64,000 bases of DNA from Elusimicrobiota bacterium (GTDB taxonomy: Bacteria > Elusimicrobiota > Elusimicrobia > UBA1565 > UBA9628). Numbering within the stretch: the first letter of the stretch is position 1; each line of letters opens with the position of its first letter. The notes under the pieces are model-generated. The model saw only the letters and a list, made by a program, of their open reading frames with translations. It did no database searches and was not told where the DNA came from. The position numbers and the translations under genes are program-made. The stretch is taken from positions 16,932 through 80,931 of the forward strand of contig DATNGC010000004.1 of the NCBI GenBank assembly GCA_035606075.1, in the 5' to 3' direction. Below, one piece after another: positions 19,369-29,357 of this stretch.

Positions 19369-20612
19369 GACGCCTTCTCCTCGAGCCGCGAGGCGATGAC
19401 GTCGAGCGCGTGCGCGCAAAACAAGATCATGAAGGGCATCATCGGGAGACGATAGCGGATGATGGACCAAAATAACATATAGGTGAACGTGACGGAGAAC
19501 ACGGTGACGAGGAACAAATCCGCCTCCGGGTAGCGCCGTCCCGCGAGGAGCATCCCGACGAACCCCAGCGGGATGATCCAGCCGTCCGACAACAGCCCGA
19601 TCCATTTGATCAGCCGGTAGTGGAAGGCGTAGGCCCGCGCGTACGGATAGAGTCGCCACAGCTTCGCGAAGCTGCGCAGGACGAAGCCGGCGTACCGGGC
19701 CGGCTGTTCCCGGATGAAACGCAGCGCGCCGCGGTAGAACACGCGGTCGCGCTCGGTCTCGGGCAGCTTCGAGGCCTCCTGGACGACGGGGTCGCGCGTG
19801 ACGTAGCCCGGCTCGGCGTCGGTCCCCGCGACGTCGTTGGGGACAATGATGCCGATGTACATGTGCGCCCCGCCGCCGTTGATGCCGAGGATGAAGCGAT
19901 GGAAGAGACGCTCGTTCCGGACGGTCCAGACGGAGCACAGCGACAGCATCACCCCGAGATAGACGATGGCTCCTTTGAAGTGCTCCCGCTTGGTCCGCAT
20001 TCCAAGGCACACGATCGCCGGAGCCAGCATCAGGCCCGCCGGGAGCAGGGCGGAGTTCGTCAGCGCGCAGCCTCCCGCCGCGAGGCCGGGCCATGCCCAG
20101 GCCCGGAGCGAAGAGGAGCGGGCCGCGCGGAGGACCAGCCACACGGTGAAGGCGAGGAGGAACGTTTGGAAGGTTTCGCGCTCCTGAGTCGCCGTGTAGT
20201 ACAGAAATTGAGGATAGAACGTCGCGATCACGGCGGCGAGCCATGCGGTTCGCCTTCCGAAGATCTCACGGCCCAGCAGGAAGACCAGCGCGATCGTGAG
20301 CAATCCAAAGAGACAATTGATCGCCTGTCCGGCCCGATAGCTCGGTCCCGAGACGAGATACGCCGCCGCGAGAAGAACGGGGTAACCGGGCTCGCGCGCC
20401 GCGGTGGGATTGCCCGCGGGATCCGCGATGATGCCCCGGTGGTAGATGCTCTCGGCGATGGTCTCGTACCAGTTAAGGTCGGGGATGGAGCGGTTCGGGC
20501 CCCACTGCGGGAATTTCCAGCAGTAGGCCGCGCGCAGGACCAACCCCGCCAAGAGCAGCGCGGCGAGCCAGCGGCGCTCGCGCGAGGCCGGCGGCGCGGA
20601 TTCGTTCTTCAT
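19365..20612 (-). CDS. GT-C membrane glycosyltransferase of the ArnT/PMT_2 type (paralog of 9898-11151)
   Basis: 415 aa, polytopic. The AAREPGYPVLLAA loop motif matches its paralog. Confidence 0.6.
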   Translation of the reverse strand: MKNESAPPASRERRWLAALLLAGLVLRAAYCWKFPQWGPNRSIPDLNWYETIAESIYHRGIIADPAGNPTAAREPGYPVLLAAAYLVSGPSYRAGQAINCLFGLLTIALVFLLGREIFGRRTAWLAAVIATFYPQFLYYTATQERETFQTFLLAFTVWLVLRAARSSSLRAWAWPGLAAGGCALTNSALLPAGLMLAPAIVCLGMRTKREHFKGAIVYLGVMLSLCSVWTVRNERLFHRFILGINGGGAHMYIGIIVPNDVAGTDAEPGYVTRDPVVQEASKLPETERDRVFYRGALRFIREQPARYAGFVLRSFAKLWRLYPYARAYAFHYRLIKWIGLLSDGWIIPLGFVGMLLAGRRYPEADLFLVTVFSVTFTYMLFWSIIRYRLPMMPFMILFCAHALDVIASRLEEKAS

Positions 20613-22372
20613 CGAGGCCGTTTCAGGCGGTAGACGTCGATCTGCGGGTCGGCCGTCGTCGACGTCGGCTCGATCGCGATGAAGGGCACGAGCTTCGCCC
20701 GCGGGAACTCGGCCGCCAGCTCGTAGCGGGACAGGTTCGGCTCCATGCCGGGGCGGTCGTCGTAATCGGGAGACGTCACGACCGCGTACGGAGGCAGGCT
20801 GGCCGGGGGCAGGGTCGCGAACAGATGGGCGCTCTCGATGAGCCGCAGCTCGTACTTGTCGTAGCGGAAGTAAGGCGCGTTGGAGGGCTGCGGCAGGCGC
20901 AGCAGGCCGATCGCCGAGCCGGGCGGGACGTTCGCCTCGATCCAGGCGCCCGCGCGCGCGTGCGTCGAGGAATCGCCCGAATCGGCGGCGAAATTATGCG
21001 CGTACGTGGCGCCGGACAGGAGCGTGTACGCCAGCGTCAGAGCCAGCGCGGCCGCCGCGGCGGGGCGCAGCCTCGACTTGGACGCGAGCAGATCGGCGGC
21101 CGCGCGCCCGGCGAGCAGCAGGCCCACCGCCAGGAAGCCGAGGAAATAGCGCACCTGGCGGACGTCGACGACGTCGCCGATCGTGCTCATCATCGCCAGC
21201 CCCGCGAGGAAGGCGAACAGGCACACCCAGAGAGCGGGCTCGCGGCGCCCGCGGATCAGCGCCCAGGCCGAGCCCGCCAGGACCAAGGCGAGGACCGGCC
21301 ACGTCAACGCGCTCGCGAGGGCGCCGCTCAAGAAGAGGAACGGATGCGAGGGGACGAAAGCGCTCCAGCCGCTGAGCACCTTCATCTCGGCGCGCGCCGA
21401 CGTCCAATCGAGGAGCCAATACGGGTTCGTCAGGAAGAACGCCGCGGCGCTCGCGGCCCCCGCGATGAAGAGACCCTTCGCCTCGGCGACACGGCTCGCG
21501 GGCCGCGCCTTGATCCTGAGGGCTCCGACGAAGCCCACCAGCAGGCAGGCGGGCCAGGCCGCGAGGAAGGCGCCGACCGCCAGCCCGGAGACCGCGCCGG
21601 CCGCCGCGTACGCGGCGACGCCTCCGGACTCGAGCAGATCCAAGCTCAGGTCCAGCGTCCACAACAGGAAAAGGGACCACAGCATGTGGTTCTTCATCAC
21701 GTGGGCCTGCACGACGACTCCGGGGGAGAAAAGGAAGAGCAGCGCGGCGTAGAAGCCGGCGTCGGAGCCGAGACGGCGGCGGCCGATCCTCAGGAGCATC
21801 AGCGCGCAGCCGAGAAAGCAGGCGACGGTGTACAGCCGCCCGACGAAATAAAGCGAGGCCATCTGTCCGGGGTTCGCGAGATACGGGGCCATCGACGTGT
21901 GCAGGGACGCCAGGCCGATCGCGGCGCCCGCGGCGAGCGCGGCGCCGAGCGAGTAGACGTACGCGCCGCCGTAGGTGAAGAGATGAGGATTGAGCTCGAG
22001 CCGCCAGGGCCGCATGCGCGACAGGATGATCAAAAAGCTCTGCTCGTCCTCGTGCGCGGACCGCAGATAGAACGACCGCGCCGAGTTGAGCAGCAGCGGC
22101 GGCGGCTCGGTCCAGCCCGGCGGGATATTCTGGACGCCGCGAAACGGCGCGGCCCAGGACTCGGTGCTGACCATGATGTCCGAGCCGAACGAGTCGTGGA
22201 GCGAGGCCCAGGAGGACTGCAGGCGCGCGCGGAACTCGGGAGTGTCCGCGCCGGGCGGCAGCACGCGCTGGATCCGCTCGCGCGAGGGGAGGCCCCAGCG
22301 CAATCCCCACAGGCCGAGGGCCAAGGCGAGGCCGGCGAGCAGCGCCGGCCGGAGGAGCCGGCGCTCGCTCAC
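20609..22372 (-). CDS. Polytopic membrane protein, putatively a GT-C-like glycosyltransferase
   Basis: The start was re-set to the GTG at 22370-22372 (VSERRLLRPALLAGLALALGLW), which overlaps the upstream stop (GTGA). There are at least 12 TM helices and an acidic first loop (AHEDEQ). The rest of the 699-aa track ORF is an out-of-frame Arg/Pro-rich extension. Confidence 0.45.
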   Translation of the reverse strand: MSERRLLRPALLAGLALALGLWGLRWGLPSRERIQRVLPPGADTPEFRARLQSSWASLHDSFGSDIMVSTESWAAPFRGVQNIPPGWTEPPPLLLNSARSFYLRSAHEDEQSFLIILSRMRPWRLELNPHLFTYGGAYVYSLGAALAAGAAIGLASLHTSMAPYLANPGQMASLYFVGRLYTVACFLGCALMLLRIGRRRLGSDAGFYAALLFLFSPGVVVQAHVMKNHMLWSLFLLWTLDLSLDLLESGGVAAYAAAGAVSGLAVGAFLAAWPACLLVGFVGALRIKARPASRVAEAKGLFIAGAASAAAFFLTNPYWLLDWTSARAEMKVLSGWSAFVPSHPFLFLSGALASALTWPVLALVLAGSAWALIRGRREPALWVCLFAFLAGLAMMSTIGDVVDVRQVRYFLGFLAVGLLLAGRAAADLLASKSRLRPAAAAALALTLAYTLLSGATYAHNFAADSGDSSTHARAGAWIEANVPPGSAIGLLRLPQPSNAPYFRYDKYELRLIESAHLFATLPPASLPPYAVVTSPDYDDRPGMEPNLSRYELAAEFPRAKLVPFIAIEPTSTTADPQIDVYRLKRPR

Positions 22373-23337
22373 GGGAACACCGAATCGGCCGCGCCCGCGG
22401 CGAGCAGGACCCCGAACGCCGCGAACGCCGCCCAGGGAGTCGCCAGCGGCGCGCCGGCGAGCGCGGCCGCCGGCCAAGCCGCGGCCGCGAGGACTCCGGC
22501 GAGGCGGTCGCCGCGCAGGCGGATCGTCTCGTGGACGCACAGCGCGCCCGCGGCGAGGAAGAAGGCCGCGGCGGCGCCTCCGAAGCCGCGCCAGCCCGCG
22601 CACGCGGCGCCGGCCAGCACGAGCGCCAGGCCGGTCTCGGCGCGCCAGCCGCCGCGGCGCGGCTTGAGCCGCAAGAGCAGGCGCACGTAAGCCGGCGCCA
22701 GCTTCCACGCGTTGGCTTTCGAGATGCCGCCCACGCGGGGCGCGTAATGGATGGGCAGTTCGATGACGCGGCCGCCGGCGGCGAGGATGCCGACCATCAG
22801 GTCCTGCTGGACGGAGAAGTCGGTCGCGCCGGACTGGACCGCGCGCGCCGCGGGGCCGGAGTAGAGCCGGAACCCGCTCGACGACTCGCGCACCGGCAGT
22901 TCCAGCACGCGGCGGCTCACGAGATTGAGCGAGCGGCTCAGGATCTGCCGCGTCATGTCCATCTGCGCGGAGCCGCCGCGGCAGTAGCGCGAGCCGACGA
23001 TGAGCTCGGCGTCGCCGCGCCGCGCCCAGAAGGCCTCCAGCGCCTCGGGCGCGTGCGAGCCGTCGGCGTCCATCAAGACCACGCGGTCGGCGGCGGCGGC
23101 GGCGATGCCTTCGCGCACGGCGGAGCCGAAGCCGCGGCCCTGCTGGCGCATCACGCGGGCGCCGTGCGCCTCGGCGACGGCGGCGGTGTCGTCTTTCGAG
23201 CCGCCGTCGACGATGAGCACCTCGCCGCGCACGCCGAGCTTGTCGAACAGCGCCCTCAGACGCGGCAAGAGCACCTTGAGGCCGTCGGACTCGTCGAGAG
23301 TGGGCAGGACGACGGAGAGATCGGGCTTGCCGCTCAC
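22369..23337 (-). CDS. Family 2 glycosyltransferase (DPM synthase-like) with a C-terminal membrane domain
   Basis: The start was re-set to the GTG at 23335-23337 (VSGKPDLSVVLPTLDE), overlapping the upstream stop. GT2 motifs (IVDGGSKDDT, LMDADGSH) precede about four C-terminal TM helices. Confidence 0.75.
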   Translation of the reverse strand: MSGKPDLSVVLPTLDESDGLKVLLPRLRALFDKLGVRGEVLIVDGGSKDDTAAVAEAHGARVMRQQGRGFGSAVREGIAAAAADRVVLMDADGSHAPEALEAFWARRGDAELIVGSRYCRGGSAQMDMTRQILSRSLNLVSRRVLELPVRESSSGFRLYSGPAARAVQSGATDFSVQQDLMVGILAAGGRVIELPIHYAPRVGGISKANAWKLAPAYVRLLLRLKPRRGGWRAETGLALVLAGAACAGWRGFGGAAAAFFLAAGALCVHETIRLRGDRLAGVLAAAAWPAAALAGAPLATPWAAFAAFGVLLAAGAADSVFP

Positions 23338-24332
23338 TTGAGGAACCTGTCGCGGGCCCAAGGCAGAAGAGAGGACCGGCCGTAAAGGGCGTGCATCGTC
23401 AGATACGCGCGCGGCGAAGCGACCGCGAGCAGGAGCGTGGACAGCTTGAACGCGTTGAACGCCGAGGCCGGAAGCTCGCGCTTGAGCTCCGACCACGCGT
23501 CGAGGGCGCCGGACCTGTCGCCGCGCCAGCCGCGCAGGAGGATCACCTTCGTCATGCGGTCGAGGAGCTTGGCGCGGCGGCCTTCGGGAGGAAGGGTGCG
23601 GCCGTTCGCGCGCAGGCGGGCATCGAGCAAGGCTTCGAGCCGGGTCGAGATCGAGAGATAGCGCTCGAGACGATCGGCGCGCCAGTTCATGCCCTGGAAG
23701 GAGTTGGTCTCGTGGATGCGCAGGCCGCCCAATATGCCGGGAACGGTCCGTCCCGTCCCGAAGAACAAAATATGCTTCGAGACGTACTCGTCGGCGTACA
23801 GCTTCAAGTCCTCGGGAATCGGAGAGATCTTGTCGAGGGCGGAGCGGCGCACGGATACGCCCGAGGTCCCGATCAGGACGTCTCGGCCGGCGAGGACATC
23901 TTCGAGACGAATGCTCGCCGGCGGGAATGAGCGCGGCTGCGCGAGGGGCTTCCCGGAAACGTCCACTGGCTCCATCGCATTTTGAACGAATGAGGACTCG
24001 GGGTGAGCGGAGAACTCGGCGAGAACGGCCTTGATCTTACCGGGGTACCAAACGTCGTCCCCGTCCAAGAAACAAATGACCTCTCCCCTCGCTTCTCGAA
24101 CGGCCGCGTTGAAGGCGGCCGCTTGGCCGGCGTTCTTTTGGACGATCAACCGGGCGTCCGGCGCGCAGCGCCGGACCGCCTCCGCCGTCTTATCCGTAGA
24201 ACCATCGTCGACAACGATGAGTTCCCATGTTTTGCCGCCCCAATCTTGATCGCGGATGCTTTTAATGGCGGCCTCGACGTAGGGTTCATGGTTGTAGCAG
24301 TCCACCAGGGCGGTGACCGAAATGGAACCCAT
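23334..24332 (-). CDS. Family 2 glycosyltransferase
   Basis: 332 aa. GT2 motifs: VTALVDCYNHE, VVDDGSTDKT, FLDGDDVW. Confidence 0.8.
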   Translation of the reverse strand: MGSISVTALVDCYNHEPYVEAAIKSIRDQDWGGKTWELIVVDDGSTDKTAEAVRRCAPDARLIVQKNAGQAAAFNAAVREARGEVICFLDGDDVWYPGKIKAVLAEFSAHPESSFVQNAMEPVDVSGKPLAQPRSFPPASIRLEDVLAGRDVLIGTSGVSVRRSALDKISPIPEDLKLYADEYVSKHILFFGTGRTVPGILGGLRIHETNSFQGMNWRADRLERYLSISTRLEALLDARLRANGRTLPPEGRRAKLLDRMTKVILLRGWRGDRSGALDAWSELKRELPASAFNAFKLSTLLLAVASPRAYLTMHALYGRSSLLPWARDRFLK

Positions 24333-24356
24333 GGGTCAATTTACTATATTCCCCGC

Positions 24357-25316
24357 ATGTTGATGCCCTGCCCGCTGTGCGGCGGAACCGGTCCCAAGAC
24401 GCTGGTGCGCGAGCACGAAGGCTACCGCCTGTACGACTGCCCCGAGTGCGGGCTGGGCTACTGCGAGCCCTTCAAGAACCCCGGCCCCGAGTACTACGAG
24501 CACAACACCGATCAGTACTCCGTCGCGATCGAAGAGCGCACGGACCCCATGTCGTTCGAGTACGACGAGGCGCTCGCCTTTCTCGCCAAGAACCTTCCGC
24601 GCGGCGCGCGCCTGCTCGACGTCGGCTTCGGCACCGGCGGATTCCTGTTCCGGACCAAGGCGGCTGGATTCTCGGTCTCCGGCGTCGACTTCAACTCCGC
24701 GCGCGTCACGGCGCTCAAGTCGCGCGGCTTCGACGTGTTCGCCGGCGGGCTGCCGGATTTCGCCCGCCGGGCGCCGCCCGCTTCCTTCGACGCGATCACG
24801 ATGTTCGAGGTGATCGAGCACGTCGACGATCTCGGCGCATGGCTGGGCGCGGCCAAGTCCCTGCTCAAGCCCGGCGGCGTCTTCGTCGTGGGCGCGCCCA
24901 ACCGGAACCGCACCTTCGACCCCTTTCAGGGACCCGGCCTCGAGGCCATCGACAATCCCCCGCATCACCTGACGCGCTGGAGCGCGGCGTCGCTCTCCGG
25001 CGCGCTGACGCGCCACGGCTTCGAGGTGCTCGAAAGCCGCCCTCTCGGCTACCCCCTGCCGATGCTTCAACTGATCCTGCGTTATCGGCTCAGCTTCGGC
25101 ATGGCGCGGAAAGCGCTCAAGGTCGAGCAGGTCCGCTACGCGCCCTCCGGCAGCGCGGCGCCGGCCGGCTCGGGGCTCGTGAAGGCCTTGGTGGCGGCGA
25201 AGTCCGCGGCCATCGACGGCGCCGCCCGGCTCATCTATCCCTTCTTTCTCGCCGCGTACACGCTTTTCGGCTGGCAGGGCGTGCCGCTCATCGCGATCTC
25301 CCGGCGCCCGTCGTAG
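24357..25316 (+). CDS. SAM-dependent methyltransferase with an N-terminal zinc-ribbon domain
   Basis: The start was re-set to MLMPCPLCGG. A CPLCGG...CPECG zinc ribbon precedes VGFGTGGF (motif I). It is a paralog of the gene at 30603-31616. Confidence 0.7.
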   Translation: MLMPCPLCGGTGPKTLVREHEGYRLYDCPECGLGYCEPFKNPGPEYYEHNTDQYSVAIEERTDPMSFEYDEALAFLAKNLPRGARLLDVGFGTGGFLFRTKAAGFSVSGVDFNSARVTALKSRGFDVFAGGLPDFARRAPPASFDAITMFEVIEHVDDLGAWLGAAKSLLKPGGVFVVGAPNRNRTFDPFQGPGLEAIDNPPHHLTRWSAASLSGALTRHGFEVLESRPLGYPLPMLQLILRYRLSFGMARKALKVEQVRYAPSGSAAPAGSGLVKALVAAKSAAIDGAARLIYPFFLAAYTLFGWQGVPLIAISRRPS

Positions 25317-26526
25317 GAGCGATTTGCTTCCGCTTGCCGCGGAAGAAAGCCCGGAACTGCTCCACGACGTAATCCGCGTCGCCGGGCGTCATGTACTGGT
25401 GGCAGCCGATGTAGAAGCCCGAGCGGTTGAGCATCCGCGCCACGGGGTATTTCGGCTCGAGGTCGCCGAACAGCTTTTTATAGACCGGCTGATTCAAGAG
25501 CGGCAGCAGGTCGCGCGTCTCGACGCCGCGGTCCTCCAGGAAATTGACCAGCGCCGTCTTGTCCTCGCCGCGCAGGACGAGGCCGTAGAGCATGTGCGTG
25601 TGGTCGCGGTCGGGAGGGCACGTCGGCAGCTGCAGCCGGTCCTCGAACTCGCGCAGCGCGGCGGTCAGGCGGTTGGCCATGCCGACGCGCGCCTTCACGA
25701 TCGCGGACTTCTCCTCGAGCTGGGCGAGGCCGAGCGCCGCCTCGAGCTCGGTGGCGCGGAAGCTGTGGCCGACGGAGACGAACTGGAAGCGCTTGGCGAC
25801 GATCTCGTGCAGGCGCTTGCCGGCCGCGCCCGCGTCGTCGTCGATGGAGAGGTAGATCGAGTCGCGGCCGTGGTTCATCAGGCTGCGCAGGCGGATGTGC
25901 AGGTCCGGGTCGCTCGTCGTCGCCAGGCCGCCGACGCCGGTCACGATGTAGTGCGCGACGTACGTCGAGAAGCAGCCGATGTCGCCGAGCGAGCCGACTT
26001 TGCGCCCCTTGTAGCGCGCGAACATCGTCTCCGCCGAGTCCTCGACGATACGCAGGCCGTGCCTCACGGCGATCGCGCGGACCGGGTCCATGTCGGCGGG
26101 CAGGCCGAGGAGATGGACCGGCATGATCGCGCGGGTGCGCTTGGTCAGCTTGGCCTCGATCTTGAGCGGATCGATGTTGTACGTGAGCGGGTCCACGTCG
26201 ACGAACACGGGCGTCAGGCGGTTGTGGAGCACGACGTTGGACGTCGCGATGAAAGTGACGGCCGGGACCAGGACCTCGTCTCCGTCCCTCCAGCCGTATT
26301 TCTCCTTGAGCGCCTGGACCGCCAAGTGCAGGGCGCTGGTGCCCGAGTTGCAGAAGATGGCATGGCGGCTGTCGTGCTCGGCGGCGAACGCGGCCTCGAA
26401 GCGCCGGTGGAAAGGCCCGTAGGACAGACGGTTGGCGTCGAGCGCCTGCGTCACGTAGCGGCGCGCGCGCGGGCTGACGGCGAAGCCGCCGACCCCAATC
26501 TCGCGCCGCGGCCTCGCCGGTTTCAT
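25288..26526 (-). CDS. DegT/DnrJ/EryC1/StrS-family PLP-dependent sugar aminotransferase
   Basis: The start was re-set to the ATG at 26526 (MKPARPRREIG). The family signature is present: NSGTSALHLA, and the lysine region FSF in the HSFRATE context. The upstream part of the 947-aa track ORF is a shadow of the opposite-strand GT4 gene. Confidence 0.85.
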   Translation of the reverse strand: MKPARPRREIGVGGFAVSPRARRYVTQALDANRLSYGPFHRRFEAAFAAEHDSRHAIFCNSGTSALHLAVQALKEKYGWRDGDEVLVPAVTFIATSNVVLHNRLTPVFVDVDPLTYNIDPLKIEAKLTKRTRAIMPVHLLGLPADMDPVRAIAVRHGLRIVEDSAETMFARYKGRKVGSLGDIGCFSTYVAHYIVTGVGGLATTSDPDLHIRLRSLMNHGRDSIYLSIDDDAGAAGKRLHEIVAKRFQFVSVGHSFRATELEAALGLAQLEEKSAIVKARVGMANRLTAALREFEDRLQLPTCPPDRDHTHMLYGLVLRGEDKTALVNFLEDRGVETRDLLPLLNQPVYKKLFGDLEPKYPVARMLNRSGFYIGCHQYMTPGDADYVVEQFRAFFRGKRKQIAPTTGAGRSR

Positions 26527-26565
26527 CGCCCGCATTCTAGCGAAAAAATTGAGACAATACGCCCC

Positions 26566-27693
26566 GTGAGGATCGCGCTGGACGTCTCGGCCGCGCTCGA
26601 TGGGGCGAGCGGCATCGGCTTCTATATCGAACGGCTCACGGCTGCCCTGGCGTCCGCCGCCCCCGAGCGGGAGTTCGTGCTGACCTCGGCGTTCTGGCGC
26701 GGCGGCCGGCGCCTCGAGGACGCGGCTCTGCCCCGCGCGCGCAACGTCACCCGCGTCCGCTTCGCCGCCCCGCAGCGCCTGCTCCTGCCGGCCGAGGAGT
26801 TCGGCGGCCTCTCCTGGCGCGAGCGGCGCTTCCGGGCGCTGGGCGTGGACGCCGTCCACGGGCTCGGCAACGTCCTGCCGCCGCTGTCGAGGCTGCCCGG
26901 GATCGTGACCGTGCACCACGTCGGCGGCGGAGCGCCGCCGGGAGCATGGGCCGACTTTTTCTTCAATAAGCTTCCACGGCGTTCCGCCGAGCGCGCGGAC
27001 CGGGTCATCGCCGTGTCCGAGCGCACGCGCGCGGAGGCGCTCGCGGCCTGGGGCCTCGACCCGAGGCGAGTCCGCGCCGTGCACGAGGGCGGCCCCGACG
27101 CCGTGTTCCGGCCCGGCGGCGGTGCGCCCGGCGGCGCGCCCTACGTGCTCCACGTCGGCGGCCTTTCCGTGCGCAAGAACGTCCCCGCGCTCCTGCGCGC
27201 CTTCGGCGCGATCGTCGAGAAGAACCCCGCCCGCCCGCTGCGCCTGCTCCTCGCGGGCCGGCCCGGCGAGGCGTCGGCCGAGATCGCGCGGCTGTCCGCG
27301 GCGCCTCCCCTGGCTGGACGCGTCGAGCTCCTCGGCGAGGTGCCGCGCGAGAAGCTCGTCGCGCTGTACCAGGGCGCGGCGGCCGTCGCGATGCCGTCGC
27401 TCGTCGAAGGCTTCGGCTTCCCCGTCCTCGAGGCGATGGCGTGCGCCGCGCCGGTCGTCGCCGCCGACGCGGCCGCCCTGCCCGAGATCGCGGGCGGCGC
27501 CGCCCTGCTGTTCGATCCCGACGATCCGGACGGCCTGTCTCGGGCGCTCGCCTCGATACTCGACGATGCGGACCTGGCCGCCGACCTGCGCCGCCGCGGC
27601 GCGGCGCGAGCCGCGGCCTTTTCGTGGGAGAAGGCGGCGCGCGAGACCCTCGAGGTGATCGACGCCGCGCGGGCCGAGCGCCTGAAAAGCTAG
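26566..27693 (+). CDS. Family 4 (GT1-fold) glycosyltransferase
   Basis: GTG start at 26566 (VRIALDVS). The C-terminal EGFGFPVLEAMACAAPVV block is the GT4 E-x7-E motif. Confidence 0.8.
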   Translation: MRIALDVSAALDGASGIGFYIERLTAALASAAPEREFVLTSAFWRGGRRLEDAALPRARNVTRVRFAAPQRLLLPAEEFGGLSWRERRFRALGVDAVHGLGNVLPPLSRLPGIVTVHHVGGGAPPGAWADFFFNKLPRRSAERADRVIAVSERTRAEALAAWGLDPRRVRAVHEGGPDAVFRPGGGAPGGAPYVLHVGGLSVRKNVPALLRAFGAIVEKNPARPLRLLLAGRPGEASAEIARLSAAPPLAGRVELLGEVPREKLVALYQGAAAVAMPSLVEGFGFPVLEAMACAAPVVAADAAALPEIAGGAALLFDPDDPDGLSRALASILDDADLAADLRRRGAARAAAFSWEKAARETLEVIDAARAERLKS

Positions 27694-27702
27694 AATCGGA
27701 CC

Positions 27703-28314
27703 GTGCTCGAGTACGCGTTTCTGACCTTCGGTTCTTTGTTCGCGATCGTGGATCCCTTCGCGGCGATCCCGACGTTCCTCGCGCTCACGTCCAACGACAC
27801 CCCGGAGCAAAGGCGCTCCATGGCCCGCACCGCCTGCTTCATCTGCGCGGCCGTCATGTCCGTTTTCGCCGCGCTGGGGCCGGCGCTGTTCCGCCTGTTC
27901 GGGATCACTTTGCCCGCCTTCCAGGTCGCGGGCGGCCTCGTCCTGCTCCTCTCCGCGCTCGACATGATCCGCGCGCAGAAGTCCCCGCTCAAGGAGACCC
28001 CCGAGGAGTTCGCCGAGGGCATGAACAAGGACAGCATCGCGGTCACGCCGCTCGCGGTCCCCTTGCTCGCCGGCCCGGGGGCGATCACGACCTCGATCGT
28101 GCTCGGGCAGCGCGCCGCGACGCTCTGGCACAAGGCGGTGTTCTTCGCGCTGATCGGGCTCGTCGCCTTCGTGACCTATTGGACGCTGACGCTGGCCGCC
28201 GACAGCGCCAAGAAGTTCTCCCCGACGATCCTGAACATCATCACGCGCCTGATGGGCCTTCTGCTCGCGGCGATCGGCGTCCAGTTCATCCTGTCGGCGC
28301 TCAATCTCGGATGA
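27703..28314 (+). CDS. MarC-family integral membrane protein (UPF0056)
   Basis: 203 aa with about six TM helices. GTG start. Confidence 0.75.
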   Translation: MLEYAFLTFGSLFAIVDPFAAIPTFLALTSNDTPEQRRSMARTACFICAAVMSVFAALGPALFRLFGITLPAFQVAGGLVLLLSALDMIRAQKSPLKETPEEFAEGMNKDSIAVTPLAVPLLAGPGAITTSIVLGQRAATLWHKAVFFALIGLVAFVTYWTLTLAADSAKKFSPTILNIITRLMGLLLAAIGVQFILSALNLG

Positions 28315-29303
28315 GCGGGCCGCTCTTCTCGGTCATCATCCCGACGTACAACCGCGCCGCCTCGGCCGCCGCGGCCGTGCGCTCCGTGCTCGCGCAGACC
28401 GACGCGCGCTGGGAATGCCTCGTCGTCGACGACGGCTCGACCGACGGGACGCGCGCCGCCCTGTCCGGCTTCACGGATCCGCGCCTGCGCTTCTTCTGGA
28501 ACGAGAAGAACCGGGGCCAGCACGCCTGCCGCAACCAGGCCCTGCGCGCCGCGCGAGCGCCGTGGATCGCCTTCCTCGACTCCGACGACCTGTTCCTTCC
28601 CGGGCGCCTGGCGGCGCTGGCGGCGGCGATCGAGTCCCGGCCCGGGACGGGCTTCTGGTTCACGAACGCCTACGTGCACCGCTGGGGCCGCCTGACCGGC
28701 CTGCTCTTCGATCCCGCCCGCGGGATCCCCGAAGGGAAGGTGCCCGGCTGGTACGCGGTCGGCGACCGCTGGCTGCCGTACGTCACGACGATGGTCTGCG
28801 TGCGCCGCGCGGCGTTCGACGAGACCGGCTTCTTCCGTGAGGACCTGCGGATCTTGGAGGACACGGAGCTGTACGCGCGCATGTTCGCGCGCGGCCTCGA
28901 GGTCGGCGTCCTGCGCGAGCCTCTCGCGGTCCGGTTCATCCACGAGGGCCAGATCACGCGCGACCACGAGCGCGACTTCCTCGAGTCGATGGAGGCGCTG
29001 AAGAGCTCGGGAGCGCCGGCCGAGGTCGCCGCGGAGCACCGCGCGCGCGTCGCGCGCGAGGTCGCGGGCTATCTTTGGAAGTCGCTCAAGCCCGCGGCGG
29101 CGCGGGCCCTGCTCGAGCGCGAGCTCGGCGGCCGCGCCCGAGGCGGCCTCCTTTGGTGGGCGACGTTCGTCCCACCCGTCCTCCTGGCCCCCGCGCGCGC
29201 CGCGCGCGAGGCCCTGCTGCGCCTGCGCTGGAGCGCCTTCGCCCCGGCCGAATACCGCGAGGCGGGAAAGCTCGTCGACGCGCTGTTGTCCGGCGCGTCA
29301 TAA
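28310..29303 (+). CDS. Family 2 glycosyltransferase
   Basis: The start was re-set to the ATG at 28310, overlapping the MarC stop (ATGA). GT2 motifs: FSVIIPTYNRA, VVDDGSTDGT, FLDSDD. Confidence 0.75.
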
Positions 29304-29357
29304 CATCGAGACGACGCCGCGCTGGGCGCCCGCCGGGGCCGACGCTACACTGTCTTC

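Noticed and set aside
26527-28131. The 5' 535 codons of the 947-aa ORF 25288-28131, and the first 414 codons of ORF 25324-27693
   Set aside because: Each is the reverse-frame shadow of the neighbouring real gene (the GT4 gene at 26566-27693 and the aminotransferase at 25288-26526). The domain-bearing portions end exactly at the ATG at 26526 and the GTG at 26566.
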